DNA from: an uncultured bacterium
Lineage (GTDB): Bacteria; Verrucomicrobiota; Kiritimatiellia; CAIKKV01; CAITUY01
Assembly: GCA_903958395.1 (NCBI GenBank)
Contig: CAJBSZ010000437.1
Location: 444-64,443, forward strand
Length of the DNA stretch: 64,000 bases
Reading direction: 5' to 3'
Of this stretch, positions 17,822 through 27,495 are shown piece by piece (the stretch's first letter is position 1; each line of letters starts with the position of its first letter). The notes below the pieces were generated by a model. That model was not told the DNA's origin. It was given only the letters and a program-made list of their open reading frames with translations, and searched no databases. The position numbers were made by a program, and so were the translations under genes.

Positions 17822-17939
17822 GAGGCAAATCTCCGTGACATCAGTTGTTTCTGTTGCCGAAGCAGTATGGCCGGTCGAGGGGAAGGGGTCAAGCGATTTC
17901 AGTCTCGACACGGAGGGATTGCATCCGCAGGATGTTGCA

Positions 17940-18617
17940 ATGACTCGGAAATCATTTGAGAAAAAAATTGAGGATCGTCCGGAGCGCTGGATTGAGTCCC
18001 TGGTGGAACTGGCGCAGCGTCGGGGTGATGGCGAGGCGGTGGCGCAGCGTGCCGTGCAGCTCAGTCGTCAGTTGAATATTTCGCCCTGGATTGCCCTGGC
18101 CATTGCGGAGCGGTTGATCAATTTAGAGGAGGCGCGGGCATTCGACAGGGTGGGGCGCTGCAGGGAATTGCAGGCGGCGGTTCTCGACAAGCGGCGCTCG
18201 ATGGCGGAACTTCGCGTGACCCTGCCGTACGCCCCCCACTTTCTGGCGGTAGATCTCCTGGAGGCCCGGCCCGGTTCGGGGTGGGATATTCGCATGGTGA
18301 CCCGGATTCTTGCGGGCGTCCTGCGTGCCGAGAAGAAGGGCGCAGAGGATGAGCCCAGCATGAAGGTTCGCGAGCGTCCGCTCGAGGAGCATGCGGCGAC
18401 CGTGGAACGGGTATTGGCGATTATGAGGCGAACCCGCTGTGATGCGGCCATGGCCCTGGATGTTGAAGCCGGGCATACCACGGAGCAGTTTGCGGCGGAT
18501 TATATCCGGCAAAAACGGGCGCTTGAAATGGAGGAGCGCCGCTTGATGGCCCCGCCCCCTGAGAATAGGTTCACAAAAAAGCCAGTATCCCGAAGAGTTG
18601 CCTCCTCTGAATACTGA
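17940..18617 (+). CDS. Hypothetical protein (225 aa)
   Basis: The track ORF 17577-18617 overlaps guaB antisense. I use the first ATG outside guaB (MTRKSFEKK). No motif recognised. Confidence 0.45.
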   Translation: MTRKSFEKKIEDRPERWIESLVELAQRRGDGEAVAQRAVQLSRQLNISPWIALAIAERLINLEEARAFDRVGRCRELQAAVLDKRRSMAELRVTLPYAPHFLAVDLLEARPGSGWDIRMVTRILAGVLRAEKKGAEDEPSMKVRERPLEEHAATVERVLAIMRRTRCDAAMALDVEAGHTTEQFAADYIRQKRALEMEERRLMAPPPENRFTKKPVSRRVASSEY

Positions 18618-18653
18618 CTTTTAAATACGGATTACTATCTTCTGGCTTCTCTC

Positions 18654-20744
18654 TTAATTCACCTTCTTGGCTTCGCGGCGCTTGGCTACGATTTCCTCGG
18701 CGAGTGAGAAGGGCACCGACTCATAGTGTTCGAAGTGCATCGTGAAGGATGCGCGGCCCTGCGAGATCGTCCGGACCACATTGGAATACCCGAACATTTC
18801 GCTCAGGGGAACCAGGCCGCGGACGACCTTGTATTCCGCCTGCTCGTCCATGGATTCGATCCGCCCCCGGCGCTGACAGATGGAGCCTGTAACGGCGCCC
18901 ATGTAGTCTTCCGGAGTGACTGCCTCCACGGACATAACCGGCTCGAGCAACTCGGGACGGCTTTCAAGGAAGAGTTTGTGGAAGCCGGCGCGGGCCGCTT
19001 CAATAAACGCGAATTCGTTTGAATCCACTTCATGGAACGAGCCGTCATACAGCGTCACGCGCATATCCACGACGGGATAGCCGCCCACGGGGCCCCTGAG
19101 CATCGCCTTGACGATACCCTTTTCGACGGACGGGATGAAGTTCTGGGGAATACGACCGCCGCGAACCTCGTTGACGAACTCGAATCCCTCGCCGGGGCTG
19201 AGGGGCTCCAGCTTGAGGCAGACGTGGGCATATTGACCGCGACCACCGGATTGTTTGACATGCTTGTATTCGCCGTCCACCTTGGCTTTTCCGGTTTCCC
19301 GGTAGGCGACTTCAGGGCGGCCCACCTGGGCCACCACGCCGTGTTCGCGCTTCATGCGATCCACCAGAATTTCAAGGTGAAGTTCACCCATTCCCGCGAT
19401 AATGGTTTCCTTCGTCTCGTCGTCGAAACTGACCACAAAGGTCGGGTCTTCATCCGCGAGGGCGTGCAGGGCATGGCTGAGTTTTTCATCATCCGAACGG
19501 CTCTCCGGCTTGATGCTGATGGAGATCACGGGGGCGGGGAACTCGATCGATTCCAGAAGGATGGGATTATCCTCGCAACACAGCGTGTCGCCGGTTTTGG
19601 TCTGCTGCAAGCCCACCACGGCGACAATATCTCCGCAGCGTGCGATGTCGAGCGATTCCTGACGGTTGGCATGCATGCGCAACAGGCGGCCGATGCGCTG
19701 TTCCTTTTTCTGGGTGCTGTTGTACACCGTGGTTCCGGACGTGATTTTGCCGGAATAGATGCGCATATACACCAGTTTGCCCATGTGCTTGTCAGACATG
19801 ATTTTAAAAGCGAGCGCCGAAAAGGGTTCATCTTCCGAATGCTTCCGGTGTTCTTCGCCTTCGCCTACCTGGCCGATGACGGGGGCAATGTCATCCGGGG
19901 AGGGAAGGAAGTCCACGATGCCGTCCAGCAGGCGCTGAACGCCCTTGTTCTTGAAGGCCGAGCCGCAGTAGACCGGGATCACCCGGCGTGCAATGGTGGC
20001 CTTGCGGATGATGGCCAGGATTTCTTCCTCCGAGAGTTCCCCGGATTCGAGAAATTTTTCCAGGAGGACATCGTCCTGTTCGGCGCATTTTTCAACAAGG
20101 TTGGCCCGCCATTTCTTGGCCGTTTCCATTTTATCCGCCGGGATGGGATCTTCCGTCCAGGTGCGTCCGCGATCCGTTTCATTATAATGAATGGCCTTCA
20201 TCTTCACGAGGTCGATGATGCCTTCGAAGGTTTCTTCCTTGCCGATCGGGATAACGACCGGAACGGCATTGGCGCCCAGAATGTTCTGGATTTTCTCGAC
20301 GACGCCGAAGAAGTCCGCGCCGGTACGATCCATCTTGTTGATGAAGGCGATTTTGGGGACGCTATACTTTTCGCTCTGGCGCCAGACCTGTTCGGACTGG
20401 GGCTGAACACCGCCCACGGCGCAGAAGAGCGCGACGGCGCCATCCAGGACGCGAAGACTCCGCTCCACTTCAGCGGTGAAGTCCACATGTCCGGGAGTAT
20501 CGATCAGCGAGATGCGGTATTCGTTCCAGGTGGTGGTGGTGGCGGCCGAGGTGATGGTGATGCCGCGTTCCTGTTCCTGCTCCATCCAGTCCATTGTGGC
20601 GGCGCCATCATGAACTTCGCCCATTTTATGGGTTTTGCCGGAGTAGAAAAGGATGCGCTCACTGACCGTTGTTTTGCCCGCGTCAATGTGGGCCATGATG
20701 CCAATGTTGCGAATTTTTGCCAAAGGAAGTTTCTCGTCAGCCAT
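18654..20744 (-). CDS. fusA: Elongation factor G
   Basis: [17 protein letters not shown] and NKMD GTPase motifs, with all five EF-G domains apparent over 696 aa. Confidence 0.95.
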   Translation of the reverse strand: MADEKLPLAKIRNIGIMAHIDAGKTTVSERILFYSGKTHKMGEVHDGAATMDWMEQEQERGITITSAATTTTWNEYRISLIDTPGHVDFTAEVERSLRVLDGAVALFCAVGGVQPQSEQVWRQSEKYSVPKIAFINKMDRTGADFFGVVEKIQNILGANAVPVVIPIGKEETFEGIIDLVKMKAIHYNETDRGRTWTEDPIPADKMETAKKWRANLVEKCAEQDDVLLEKFLESGELSEEEILAIIRKATIARRVIPVYCGSAFKNKGVQRLLDGIVDFLPSPDDIAPVIGQVGEGEEHRKHSEDEPFSALAFKIMSDKHMGKLVYMRIYSGKITSGTTVYNSTQKKEQRIGRLLRMHANRQESLDIARCGDIVAVVGLQQTKTGDTLCCEDNPILLESIEFPAPVISISIKPESRSDDEKLSHALHALADEDPTFVVSFDDETKETIIAGMGELHLEILVDRMKREHGVVAQVGRPEVAYRETGKAKVDGEYKHVKQSGGRGQYAHVCLKLEPLSPGEGFEFVNEVRGGRIPQNFIPSVEKGIVKAMLRGPVGGYPVVDMRVTLYDGSFHEVDSNEFAFIEAARAGFHKLFLESRPELLEPVMSVEAVTPEDYMGAVTGSICQRRGRIESMDEQAEYKVVRGLVPLSEMFGYSNVVRTISQGRASFTMHFEHYESVPFSLAEEIVAKRREAKKVN

Positions 20745-21151
20745 AATATTACCTCACCCGTTGCATTTGCCCCGAACCTGTTCCGGGATAAAAAGGCGCG
20801 CATAATGACGGGAGAGAGGGGTGGAAATCAAGGAAAATATTGCCTGGCGCGTTTTCTGAGTTTGAAATGACGATATTTATGTACTTTGCTTTCCGTTTCC
20901 GCTAATGTTCGAAAAGTTTGGTTGTCGAAGAAGTCGGCGGGAGTGGGATGAAAGCCACACACTTGCTTGTTTCTTTTTCGGTCTTCCTACCCCTGAGGCG
21001 AACGAGGTTCGGACGCGGAGGGGTTCGATCTGGGGTGCTGTGTCATAAGCATAGTACCATCGGATCGACGGGTTTGAGTTGAACCCCTTTCCACAGGAAC
21101 CGGAAAGAAAAAGAAGGGGTCCAGGAGTAGATGGAAGAAGGGAATTAAGAG

Positions 21152-21529
21152 ATGGGCAAGAAACTGTATGTCGGCAACCTGAGTTATAGCGTCACGAGCG
21201 AATCCCTGTCACAGGTGTTTTCCGCTTATGGCAAAGTGGCGTCTTCGGACGTGATCATGGATCGTGAGACGGGTCGCAGCAAGGGCTTCGGCTTTGTTGA
21301 GATGTCGACTGACGCGGAGGCCGCTGCGGCCATTGCGGGCACGAATGGTATGGACGTGGACGGTCGTGCGTTGACCGTGAACGAAGCGCGGCCCCAGGCT
21401 CCTCGCGTGGGCGGTGGCGGCGGGTTCGGCGGCGGTGATCGTGGCGGCAGCCGTGGCGGTGGCTTCGGCGGCGGCGGCGGTGGTGATCGGGATCGTCGCG
21501 GTGGCGGCGGTTTTGGTGGACGCCGGTAG
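21152..21529 (+). CDS. RRM-type RNA-binding protein with a Gly/Arg-rich tail
   Basis: RNP2 KLYVGNLSY and RNP1 KGFGFVEM, with a C-terminal [12 protein letters not shown] repeat. Confidence 0.9.
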   Translation: MGKKLYVGNLSYSVTSESLSQVFSAYGKVASSDVIMDRETGRSKGFGFVEMSTDAEAAAAIAGTNGMDVDGRALTVNEARPQAPRVGGGGGFGGGDRGGSRGGGFGGGGGGDRDRRGGGGFGGRR

Positions 21530-21565
21530 TCCTGCCGTGCTCATTTAGAGCACACTGGATGATTT

Positions 21566-21607
21566 CGCGGGAACAGGCCGAAAGGTCGGTTCCCGCGTTT
21601 TGTTTTT
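21566..21607 (+). terminator. Rho-independent terminator after the RRM protein gene
   Basis: Stem CGCGGGAAC (21566-21574) pairs with GTTCCCGCG (21589-21597), followed by TTTTGTTTTT. Confidence 0.7.
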
Positions 21608-21626
21608 ACAGTGGCCTGAGCCTCAT

Positions 21627-23105
21627 TCAGTGCGCTTCGATCAGATCGGCTGAGATTCTGGCTGATTCATAGATGGTGGGTAATCCGGAGCCTGGATGTG
21701 TGCCACCCCCAACCAGGTACACCCGGCCAATTTCCTCAAATTGGTTGTGCGGCCTGAAGTACAGCATCTGGGTGAGTGTGTGGCCAAGGTTGAACGTGGC
21801 TCCCAGGAAAAGGTTGAAATCATCAACCCAGCTCCGGGGTGTAATCACCCGCTCCTCCAGGATGTGCGAGGCCAGATCTTTCATTCCCGTTTTGGCCACA
21901 ATGCGGGCGATAACCTTGTTCCGATACTCCCGCGTCAATTCCGGAGTCCAGGCGATCTCGCTACGGGTATTGGCCACGGGTACGAGCACGTAGAGCGCCG
22001 AATGTCCCGTGGGCGCCAAGGTGGGATCCGTAATGCTGGCGTTTCGAACATAAACGGACATATCGTCGGAGGGGCCGACGCCCTGAGCGATGTCTTCGAT
22101 GTTGGCCTTGTAGTTGTCTGCAAAGATCACATTGTGGTGCGCTTCGTCGTAAAGTTTGTCGAGTCCCAGATAAAGCATGAAGGTGGAGCAGGAGTATTTT
22201 TTCTCCCTCAACTTTTCCGGGGTGTACTTGCGAATGATGCCGGGCTCGAAAAGGGTTTCCATGGCATGGCCGAAATCGGCGTTGATGACCACGGCATCGG
22301 CTTCCACGCTGGAGCCGTCCGCCAGAAGAACGCTCCGGGCCTCGCCGCCTTTCACCTGGATCTGCTTGACCCGCGTGTTTAGTCGGATGGTCGCTCCATG
22401 CTCGCGGGCGACCTTGGCCATGGCTTCGGAAATCATACTGAGCCCGCCCATAACGTGGTCGATGCCGAAGGCATGTTCGACATAGGGGATGAGGCCGAAG
22501 GCGCCGGGGCACTGCCAGGGTGACATGCCCAGGTACTTGCTCTGGAACGTGAAGGAGATACGCAGATCCTCCGCAGAGAAATAGTCACCCAGCACATCAT
22601 AGAGGCTCCGGCCCAGCGAAAGGTGCGGCAGTGCCTTCAGCAGGGGGCGCGACAGCATGGAGGTCGCCGAGGAGTAGTCCTTTTTCAGGCAGGGATACAT
22701 TCGGTCATAGCGAACCTTCTCGACAGCGTGGAATTTCTCGAGCCCGGCGCCATTGCCCGGGAACAGCTTCTCGATCTGCGCCTTCATGCGCTCGCGATCC
22801 GTGCTGGGCTGCAGCACCTTGTCCTTGAACGAGAGCTGGTACATGGGGTCGAGGGCCCGGATGTCGAGATAGTCCTCGGCTTTTCGGCCGGCGGCTTGAA
22901 ACACCTCACGCAGAATAAAGGTCATCATCAGGAACGTGGGGCCGATATCAAACGTGTACGGCCCGAGCCGGATGGCAGCGTTGCGGCCGCCAACGGTATC
23001 CTTCTGTTCAAACACAGTGACCTTGTGGCCGCGGTTGGCCAGGATCATCGCCGCCGTTAGCCCGCCGGGACCGGCGCCGATAATAGAAATTCGCTTTGAA
23101 TTCAT
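21627..23105 (-). CDS. Phytoene desaturase-family (CrtI/CrtD-like) FAD-dependent oxidoreductase
   Basis: ISIIGAGPGGLTAA dinucleotide-binding motif and the C-terminal VYLVGGGTHPGSGLP motif typical of CrtI-type enzymes. Confidence 0.75.
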   Translation of the reverse strand: MNSKRISIIGAGPGGLTAAMILANRGHKVTVFEQKDTVGGRNAAIRLGPYTFDIGPTFLMMTFILREVFQAAGRKAEDYLDIRALDPMYQLSFKDKVLQPSTDRERMKAQIEKLFPGNGAGLEKFHAVEKVRYDRMYPCLKKDYSSATSMLSRPLLKALPHLSLGRSLYDVLGDYFSAEDLRISFTFQSKYLGMSPWQCPGAFGLIPYVEHAFGIDHVMGGLSMISEAMAKVAREHGATIRLNTRVKQIQVKGGEARSVLLADGSSVEADAVVINADFGHAMETLFEPGIIRKYTPEKLREKKYSCSTFMLYLGLDKLYDEAHHNVIFADNYKANIEDIAQGVGPSDDMSVYVRNASITDPTLAPTGHSALYVLVPVANTRSEIAWTPELTREYRNKVIARIVAKTGMKDLASHILEERVITPRSWVDDFNLFLGATFNLGHTLTQMLYFRPHNQFEEIGRVYLVGGGTHPGSGLPTIYESARISADLIEAH

Positions 23106-24400
23106 GTCAAGATTCTCCCGTTTGTTGCTTTCCTGTAGCTGAAAAACATACTACACTCCCTGCGAAATTACATCAGGAAGTTCCTATTAACTGGTACGGG
23201 TTCATAAAAGTAATCAGGTCCATCTACAGCCTGCAAGGACCGGATCTGGACTTGATCCAGCAGGAGGGGCTTCTGGCTGTGAAGATCGGCCAGACTTACG
23301 CCTTGCGCGTGGATTTTCTGCCGGAATCGTCCTGTCTGAAGTTGACCCAGCTGTATCGGCATGCCGCCGCCATTCCGCCTGTTCATTTCAAGGATATGCT
23401 GAAGCGGCGGGCTCCGGCTCTTCTTCTCGAGGAACTGGAGTCGTTCAATGACGATCCCCTGGCGTCGGCCTCGGTGGGGCAGGTGCATCTGGGCCGGTTA
23501 CGAAACGGCGAGCGTGTGGCGATCAAGATGATCAAGACCGATTATCGGGAGCGTTTTATGGCCGATGTCAGGTCATTGAGGCGATTCATTCGGCTGATTC
23601 TATTGGTCTATCCCAAGCTGGAGCGGGTGGCGGATCCCCTGGGCATCCTGGGCACCATCGAGCAGGGGACCCTGGACGAGCTGGATTTACGCCGCGAGGC
23701 GGCCGGTCAGAGCCTGCTGATGGATATGAAATCCCGGCATGCCGGGGTGTTTGACCTGAGCGGTATGCGGTTTCCTAAGATCTACAAGGAGCTCTCCAAT
23801 GATGTTGTGATGGTTTCCGAGTATGTCGAAGGCCGCACGGTGGATGAACTGCTGGAGCGGCGGGAGATCGGGTATGACGCCTTGCTGGAGCTTTTCCGTC
23901 TTCACGGTTTTTTCGCATTCTGCGTGGGCACGTTTCATGGCGACATTCATCCGGGCAATCTCATATACCGGAACGGCTGCTTTTATTTTTTGGATACCGG
24001 GGTTATCGGGAGGGTGAGCGAGAAGATGCGGATGGGTCTCCTGGCCTTTTTTCAAGCGCTGGCCGAGTTCGAGTATCCGGCTTGTGCGCGGGCGCTTAAC
24101 GCCATGGCTGATCGGGGCATCGAGGGCGGACGATTCAGGGAGTTCGAGATGAAGCTGACTGAATTGTACCGGGACTTCACCGGCAGCACGGTCGCGCAGG
24201 TCAGTCTGACCCGGAAGATGATGGAAACGATTCGACTGGGGGTCAATCATGGCATGGTGTTCGAAAAGGGCATGTACCCCATCATCAAAAGCCTGATGTA
24301 CATGGATGGCATGGTGCTGCGATGCAATCCAGACGCCGTGCTGATGAAGGACATGCGTCCGTTTCTGGCGGAGTTTCGTCGCGGAATGGCCGCTCAATAA
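23096..24400 (+). CDS. ABC1/UbiB-family atypical kinase
   Basis: AVKIGQ...LPE, ASASVGQVHLG...VAIKM, HGDIHPGNL and FLDTG kinase-like motifs. The TTG start is uncertain and overlaps the divergent crtI-like start by 10 nt. Confidence 0.7.
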   Translation: MNSCQDSPVCCFPVAEKHTTLPAKLHQEVPINWYGFIKVIRSIYSLQGPDLDLIQQEGLLAVKIGQTYALRVDFLPESSCLKLTQLYRHAAAIPPVHFKDMLKRRAPALLLEELESFNDDPLASASVGQVHLGRLRNGERVAIKMIKTDYRERFMADVRSLRRFIRLILLVYPKLERVADPLGILGTIEQGTLDELDLRREAAGQSLLMDMKSRHAGVFDLSGMRFPKIYKELSNDVVMVSEYVEGRTVDELLERREIGYDALLELFRLHGFFAFCVGTFHGDIHPGNLIYRNGCFYFLDTGVIGRVSEKMRMGLLAFFQALAEFEYPACARALNAMADRGIEGGRFREFEMKLTELYRDFTGSTVAQVSLTRKMMETIRLGVNHGMVFEKGMYPIIKSLMYMDGMVLRCNPDAVLMKDMRPFLAEFRRGMAAQ

Positions 24401-24918
24401 TTGAGCGTGATGGACAGGGTGATTCCCCGGGGGGTAAGCCTGAAAAGGGCCGCCTTGAATGATGGGGCGCTGGTTCTGCTTCGCGGGTTATTGGATGCCC
24501 CGTATCCCTCGAGGGGGATGCCCAGCCAGGTGGTGTCCATCCGGCCATTGTCATTCTCGTCATGGAGCACGCCGATGGCATAATCACCGGATGGAGTGTC
24601 CGTGAAATCCGCCACGGCCTGGCCGTTGGTGATGGCGGCGGAGAGGGTTCGGAAAGCCAGTGTGGTGTTGTCAGGAAAACCCTTGGAATCCCGAAAGAGC
24701 GTGATTCGGGCGATCCCTCGTTCGTTACGGAATCCAGTCATGCGAACGGTAATCGTGGCACCGTGATTGTCAGCTTTCTGCGTCGAAGCATCCGGCGCGG
24801 CAATGGATGGGGATCCAGCCAATACTGCGGACAAGCCAAGGAGGATGAGGAGATCGGCGCGGATCGCTAGACCAGTTTTGAGTATTATGTTACAAGTCGC
24901 TTTCAATTGGGTGGGCAT
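24394..24918 (-). CDS. DUF2141-family secreted protein
   Basis: Signal peptide, then GFRNERGIARITLF...GFP and HDENDNGRMDTTWLGIPLEGYGASNN, as in DUF2141. Confidence 0.6.
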   Translation of the reverse strand: MPTQLKATCNIILKTGLAIRADLLILLGLSAVLAGSPSIAAPDASTQKADNHGATITVRMTGFRNERGIARITLFRDSKGFPDNTTLAFRTLSAAITNGQAVADFTDTPSGDYAIGVLHDENDNGRMDTTWLGIPLEGYGASNNPRSRTSAPSFKAALFRLTPRGITLSITLNY

Positions 24919-25048
24919 AATTTTACTGATACTTTGTTTTTTTTGACAGAAAGAAAGATTTTATGGCTGACGAGAAAAAAGAACCCTGGTTGAACTGGCT
25001 GGCTTTGACAACGGTTATTTCCTATTTCTGAAATAATTCAGGGAAGCC

Positions 25049-25492
25049 TTGAAAGAAATGGAGGGGGCAGGTAAAGTCACCGGAATTATGAAAACCGACC
25101 CAGTATCCATGGTGAAGCCTAACTCTGGAATGATTCTGCTTCAGGCCGCTATCCCGGCGGTTGTCGGGGCGGTTTTCTTTTTCAAGGGGAAGCCAGTTGC
25201 CGCCGGAATTCTGTGGAGCATTGGCGCCCTGCTCCTTGTGTCGGGTTTTCTGATTCACTCCCTGTTTGCCAAGATTGAACAGGCGGGGCGCTGGTTCGGC
25301 AAGGGGGTCGGGACAGCCATCACGTGGCTGCTTCTTGTTCCGATGTTTTACCTGGTCTTTGTGCCGGGACGTTTCATCCTGATGATGCGGGGAATTGATC
25401 CGATGTGCCGGAAATTCCCGACTGATGCGGCAACCTATTGGGTGCCCCGGAAACCGGTTCTGAATACGGACGAGTATAAGCGGCAATATTGA
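25049..25492 (+). CDS. SxtJ-like small membrane protein
   Basis: About 130-147 aa with 2-3 hydrophobic helices. The stop overlaps the carbamoyltransferase ATG (TGATG). Start uncertain (TTG 25049, ATG 25058 or 25088). Assignment rests mainly on context. Confidence 0.45.
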   Translation: MKEMEGAGKVTGIMKTDPVSMVKPNSGMILLQAAIPAVVGAVFFFKGKPVAAGILWSIGALLLVSGFLIHSLFAKIEQAGRWFGKGVGTAITWLLLVPMFYLVFVPGRFILMMRGIDPMCRKFPTDAATYWVPRKPVLNTDEYKRQY

Positions 25493-27321
25493 TGAATATC
25501 CTCGGGATCAGCGCTTTTTATCATGATTCGGCCGCCGCCCTGGTCTGCGATGGAAAGATTGTTGCCGCCGCTCAGGAAGAGCGGTTCACTCGTAAAAAGC
25601 ACGATGCAAATTTTCCCGTGAATGCCGCGAAGTACTGTCTTCGGGAGTTGGAAAAAAGGGGCGGAAAGCTGGATGCGGTGGCCTTTTACGACAAGCCGAT
25701 CCGAAAATTCGAACGCATCCTGAAGACCTATTTCAGTACCGCGCCGGCGGGATTGCAGTCCTTTATGATGGCCATCCCTCTGTGGTTGCGTGAGAAGCTC
25801 TGGATTCCCATGGAGATTGAAGTGGCATTGGGAAAATGCGGCATCAAAACCATGCCCCCGCTATATTTTCCCGAGCATCACGAATCGCATGCGGCGAGTG
25901 CATTTTTTCCGTCCCCATTTCAAAAAGCGGCCATTCTAACACTGGATGGTGTGGGAGAATGGGCGACCAGTGCGATCGGGCGGGGGGGCGGAAACCAGAT
26001 TCAGATTCTGGAAGATCTTCATTTCCCACACTCGCTCGGCCTGCTTTATTCGGCGTTTACGTATTTTACGGGCTTCCGGGTGAATTCAGGGGAATACAAG
26101 CTGATGGGGTTGGCTCCCTATGGCGAGCCGAAATATGTGGATATCATCAAGGACAACCTGCTTGATCTTCGCGAAGATGGCTCCTTCCGGTTGAACTTGA
26201 AATACTTTGGGTTTGTGGACGGCCTGACGATGACGAATGACGAGTTTGCCAAGTTGTTTGGTGGACCGGCCCGCACGTCGGAAAGTGAGATTTCACAGCG
26301 GGAAATGGATATTGCACGATCCATTCAGGTGGTGACCGAGGAAATCGTGATCCGGATGGCGAAGCATGCCCGGAAAATAACCGGAGAAGAATACCTGGTG
26401 ATGGCGGGCGGTGTGGCCCTGAACTGCGTGGCCAATGGGCGTCTCTTGCGGGAAGGGATTTTTAAGGATATCTGGATCCAGCCTGCGGCGGGTGATGCAG
26501 GCGGTGCCCTGGGAGCAGCCCTTATGGTGGCCTTCCAGATCGAAAAACAGCCGCGTGTGGCTGATAATGTTCACGATGCCATGCAGGGATCCTTACTGGG
26601 GCCGGATATTGAGGATGATGTTGTTGAAGCCTTCCTTAAAGCCAATGGGTATCCTGCGAAAAAATATGGCCCGCAGGATTGGGGTGCAGAGATTGCCAAA
26701 ATCATTGCTGCTGAGAATGTCATCGGACTGGTGCAAGGCCGTATGGAGTTTGGTCCGCGATCCCTGGGTGGTCGTTCCATCGTCGGTGATGCGCGATCCG
26801 TCAAGATGCAGGCGGTGATGAATCTGAAAATCAAGTACCGCGAATCGTTCCGTCCGTTTGCCCCGTCCTGCCTGGTGGAGCGGGTAGGCGACTATTTTGA
26901 ATTAGATCGGCCGTCGCCTTATATGCTTCTGGTGGCACAGGTGCAGAAGAGCCGGTGCAGGGGGCTGGAGGATGTCGGGCGTTTATCTATTCGTGACCGG
27001 ATCAACCAGGTGCGTTCCGATATTCCGGCGATTACGCATGTAGATTACTCGGCCCGGGTTCAGACGGTGTCGCCCGAGAGCAATCCCCGGTATTACGATT
27101 TGATCAAGGCGTTTGATAAACAGACCGGCTACGGAGTGATTATCAATACCTCATTCAATGTTCGTGGAGAGCCGATCGTCTGCACACCTGAAGATGCTTA
27201 CCGCTGTTTTATGCGAACAGAGATGGATTATCTGGTGCTCGGCTCGTTTGTGTTGTCAAAGAAGGATCAACCGCCGTGGCAGGATAAGGCGAATTGGCGG
27301 ACGGAATACGCTTTAGACTAG
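25492..27321 (+). CDS. NodU/CmcH-family carbamoyltransferase
   Basis: MNILGISAFYHDSAAAL N-terminus, GVALNCVANG and NTSFNVRGEPIV motifs. Confidence 0.9.
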   Translation: MNILGISAFYHDSAAALVCDGKIVAAAQEERFTRKKHDANFPVNAAKYCLRELEKRGGKLDAVAFYDKPIRKFERILKTYFSTAPAGLQSFMMAIPLWLREKLWIPMEIEVALGKCGIKTMPPLYFPEHHESHAASAFFPSPFQKAAILTLDGVGEWATSAIGRGGGNQIQILEDLHFPHSLGLLYSAFTYFTGFRVNSGEYKLMGLAPYGEPKYVDIIKDNLLDLREDGSFRLNLKYFGFVDGLTMTNDEFAKLFGGPARTSESEISQREMDIARSIQVVTEEIVIRMAKHARKITGEEYLVMAGGVALNCVANGRLLREGIFKDIWIQPAAGDAGGALGAALMVAFQIEKQPRVADNVHDAMQGSLLGPDIEDDVVEAFLKANGYPAKKYGPQDWGAEIAKIIAAENVIGLVQGRMEFGPRSLGGRSIVGDARSVKMQAVMNLKIKYRESFRPFAPSCLVERVGDYFELDRPSPYMLLVAQVQKSRCRGLEDVGRLSIRDRINQVRSDIPAITHVDYSARVQTVSPESNPRYYDLIKAFDKQTGYGVIINTSFNVRGEPIVCTPEDAYRCFMRTEMDYLVLGSFVLSKKDQPPWQDKANWRTEYALD

Positions 27322-27330
27322 GGGATATTT

Positions 27331-27495
27331 ATGATTTTTTTCAAACATCTCGGCCGATTGCTGAAAGAGTTTGTTGGTTTTGCCTGGCACAACAAGGCTT
27401 GGTGGATTATTCCCGTTGTGCTGGTACTCCTCTTGTTGGCGGTCTTTATTGTGGCTGGCCAGACTGTGGCGCCCTTCATCTACACATTATTCTGA
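27331..27495 (+). CDS. DUF5989 (SxtK-like) 54-aa membrane protein, absent from the ORF track
   Basis: My translation is MIFFKHLGRLLKEFVGFAWHNKAWWIIPVVLVLLLLAVFIVAGQTVAPFIYTLF. It has a single TM helix and the APFIYTLF C-terminus I associate with DUF5989. It starts 10 nt after the carbamoyltransferase stop. Confidence 0.65.
   Translation: MIFFKHLGRLLKEFVGFAWHNKAWWIIPVVLVLLLLAVFIVAGQTVAPFIYTLF

Noticed and set aside
19032-20870. 612-aa plus-strand ORF
   Set aside because: It is entirely antisense to fusA, whose GTPase and domain motifs are unambiguous. It is the typical long shadow ORF of GC-rich DNA, with a low-complexity Gly/Ala/Asp/His-rich translation.
21020-21110. tRNA-like GGTTCGATC motif in the fusA/RRM intergenic region
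   Set aside because: The flanking bases do not form a T-arm, and no acceptor, anticodon or D arms can be drawn. It is not a tRNA.
21400-21530. GGC/GGT-rich repetitive DNA
   Set aside because: This is the coding sequence for the Gly/Arg-rich tail of the RRM protein. It is not a CRISPR array or a non-coding satellite.
24963-25031. 22-codon ORF (MADEKKEPWLNWLALTTVISYF) upstream of the SxtJ-like gene
   Set aside because: It is too short, has no clear RBS, and stops in the middle of what would be a TM helix. I cannot support it without conservation or expression data.
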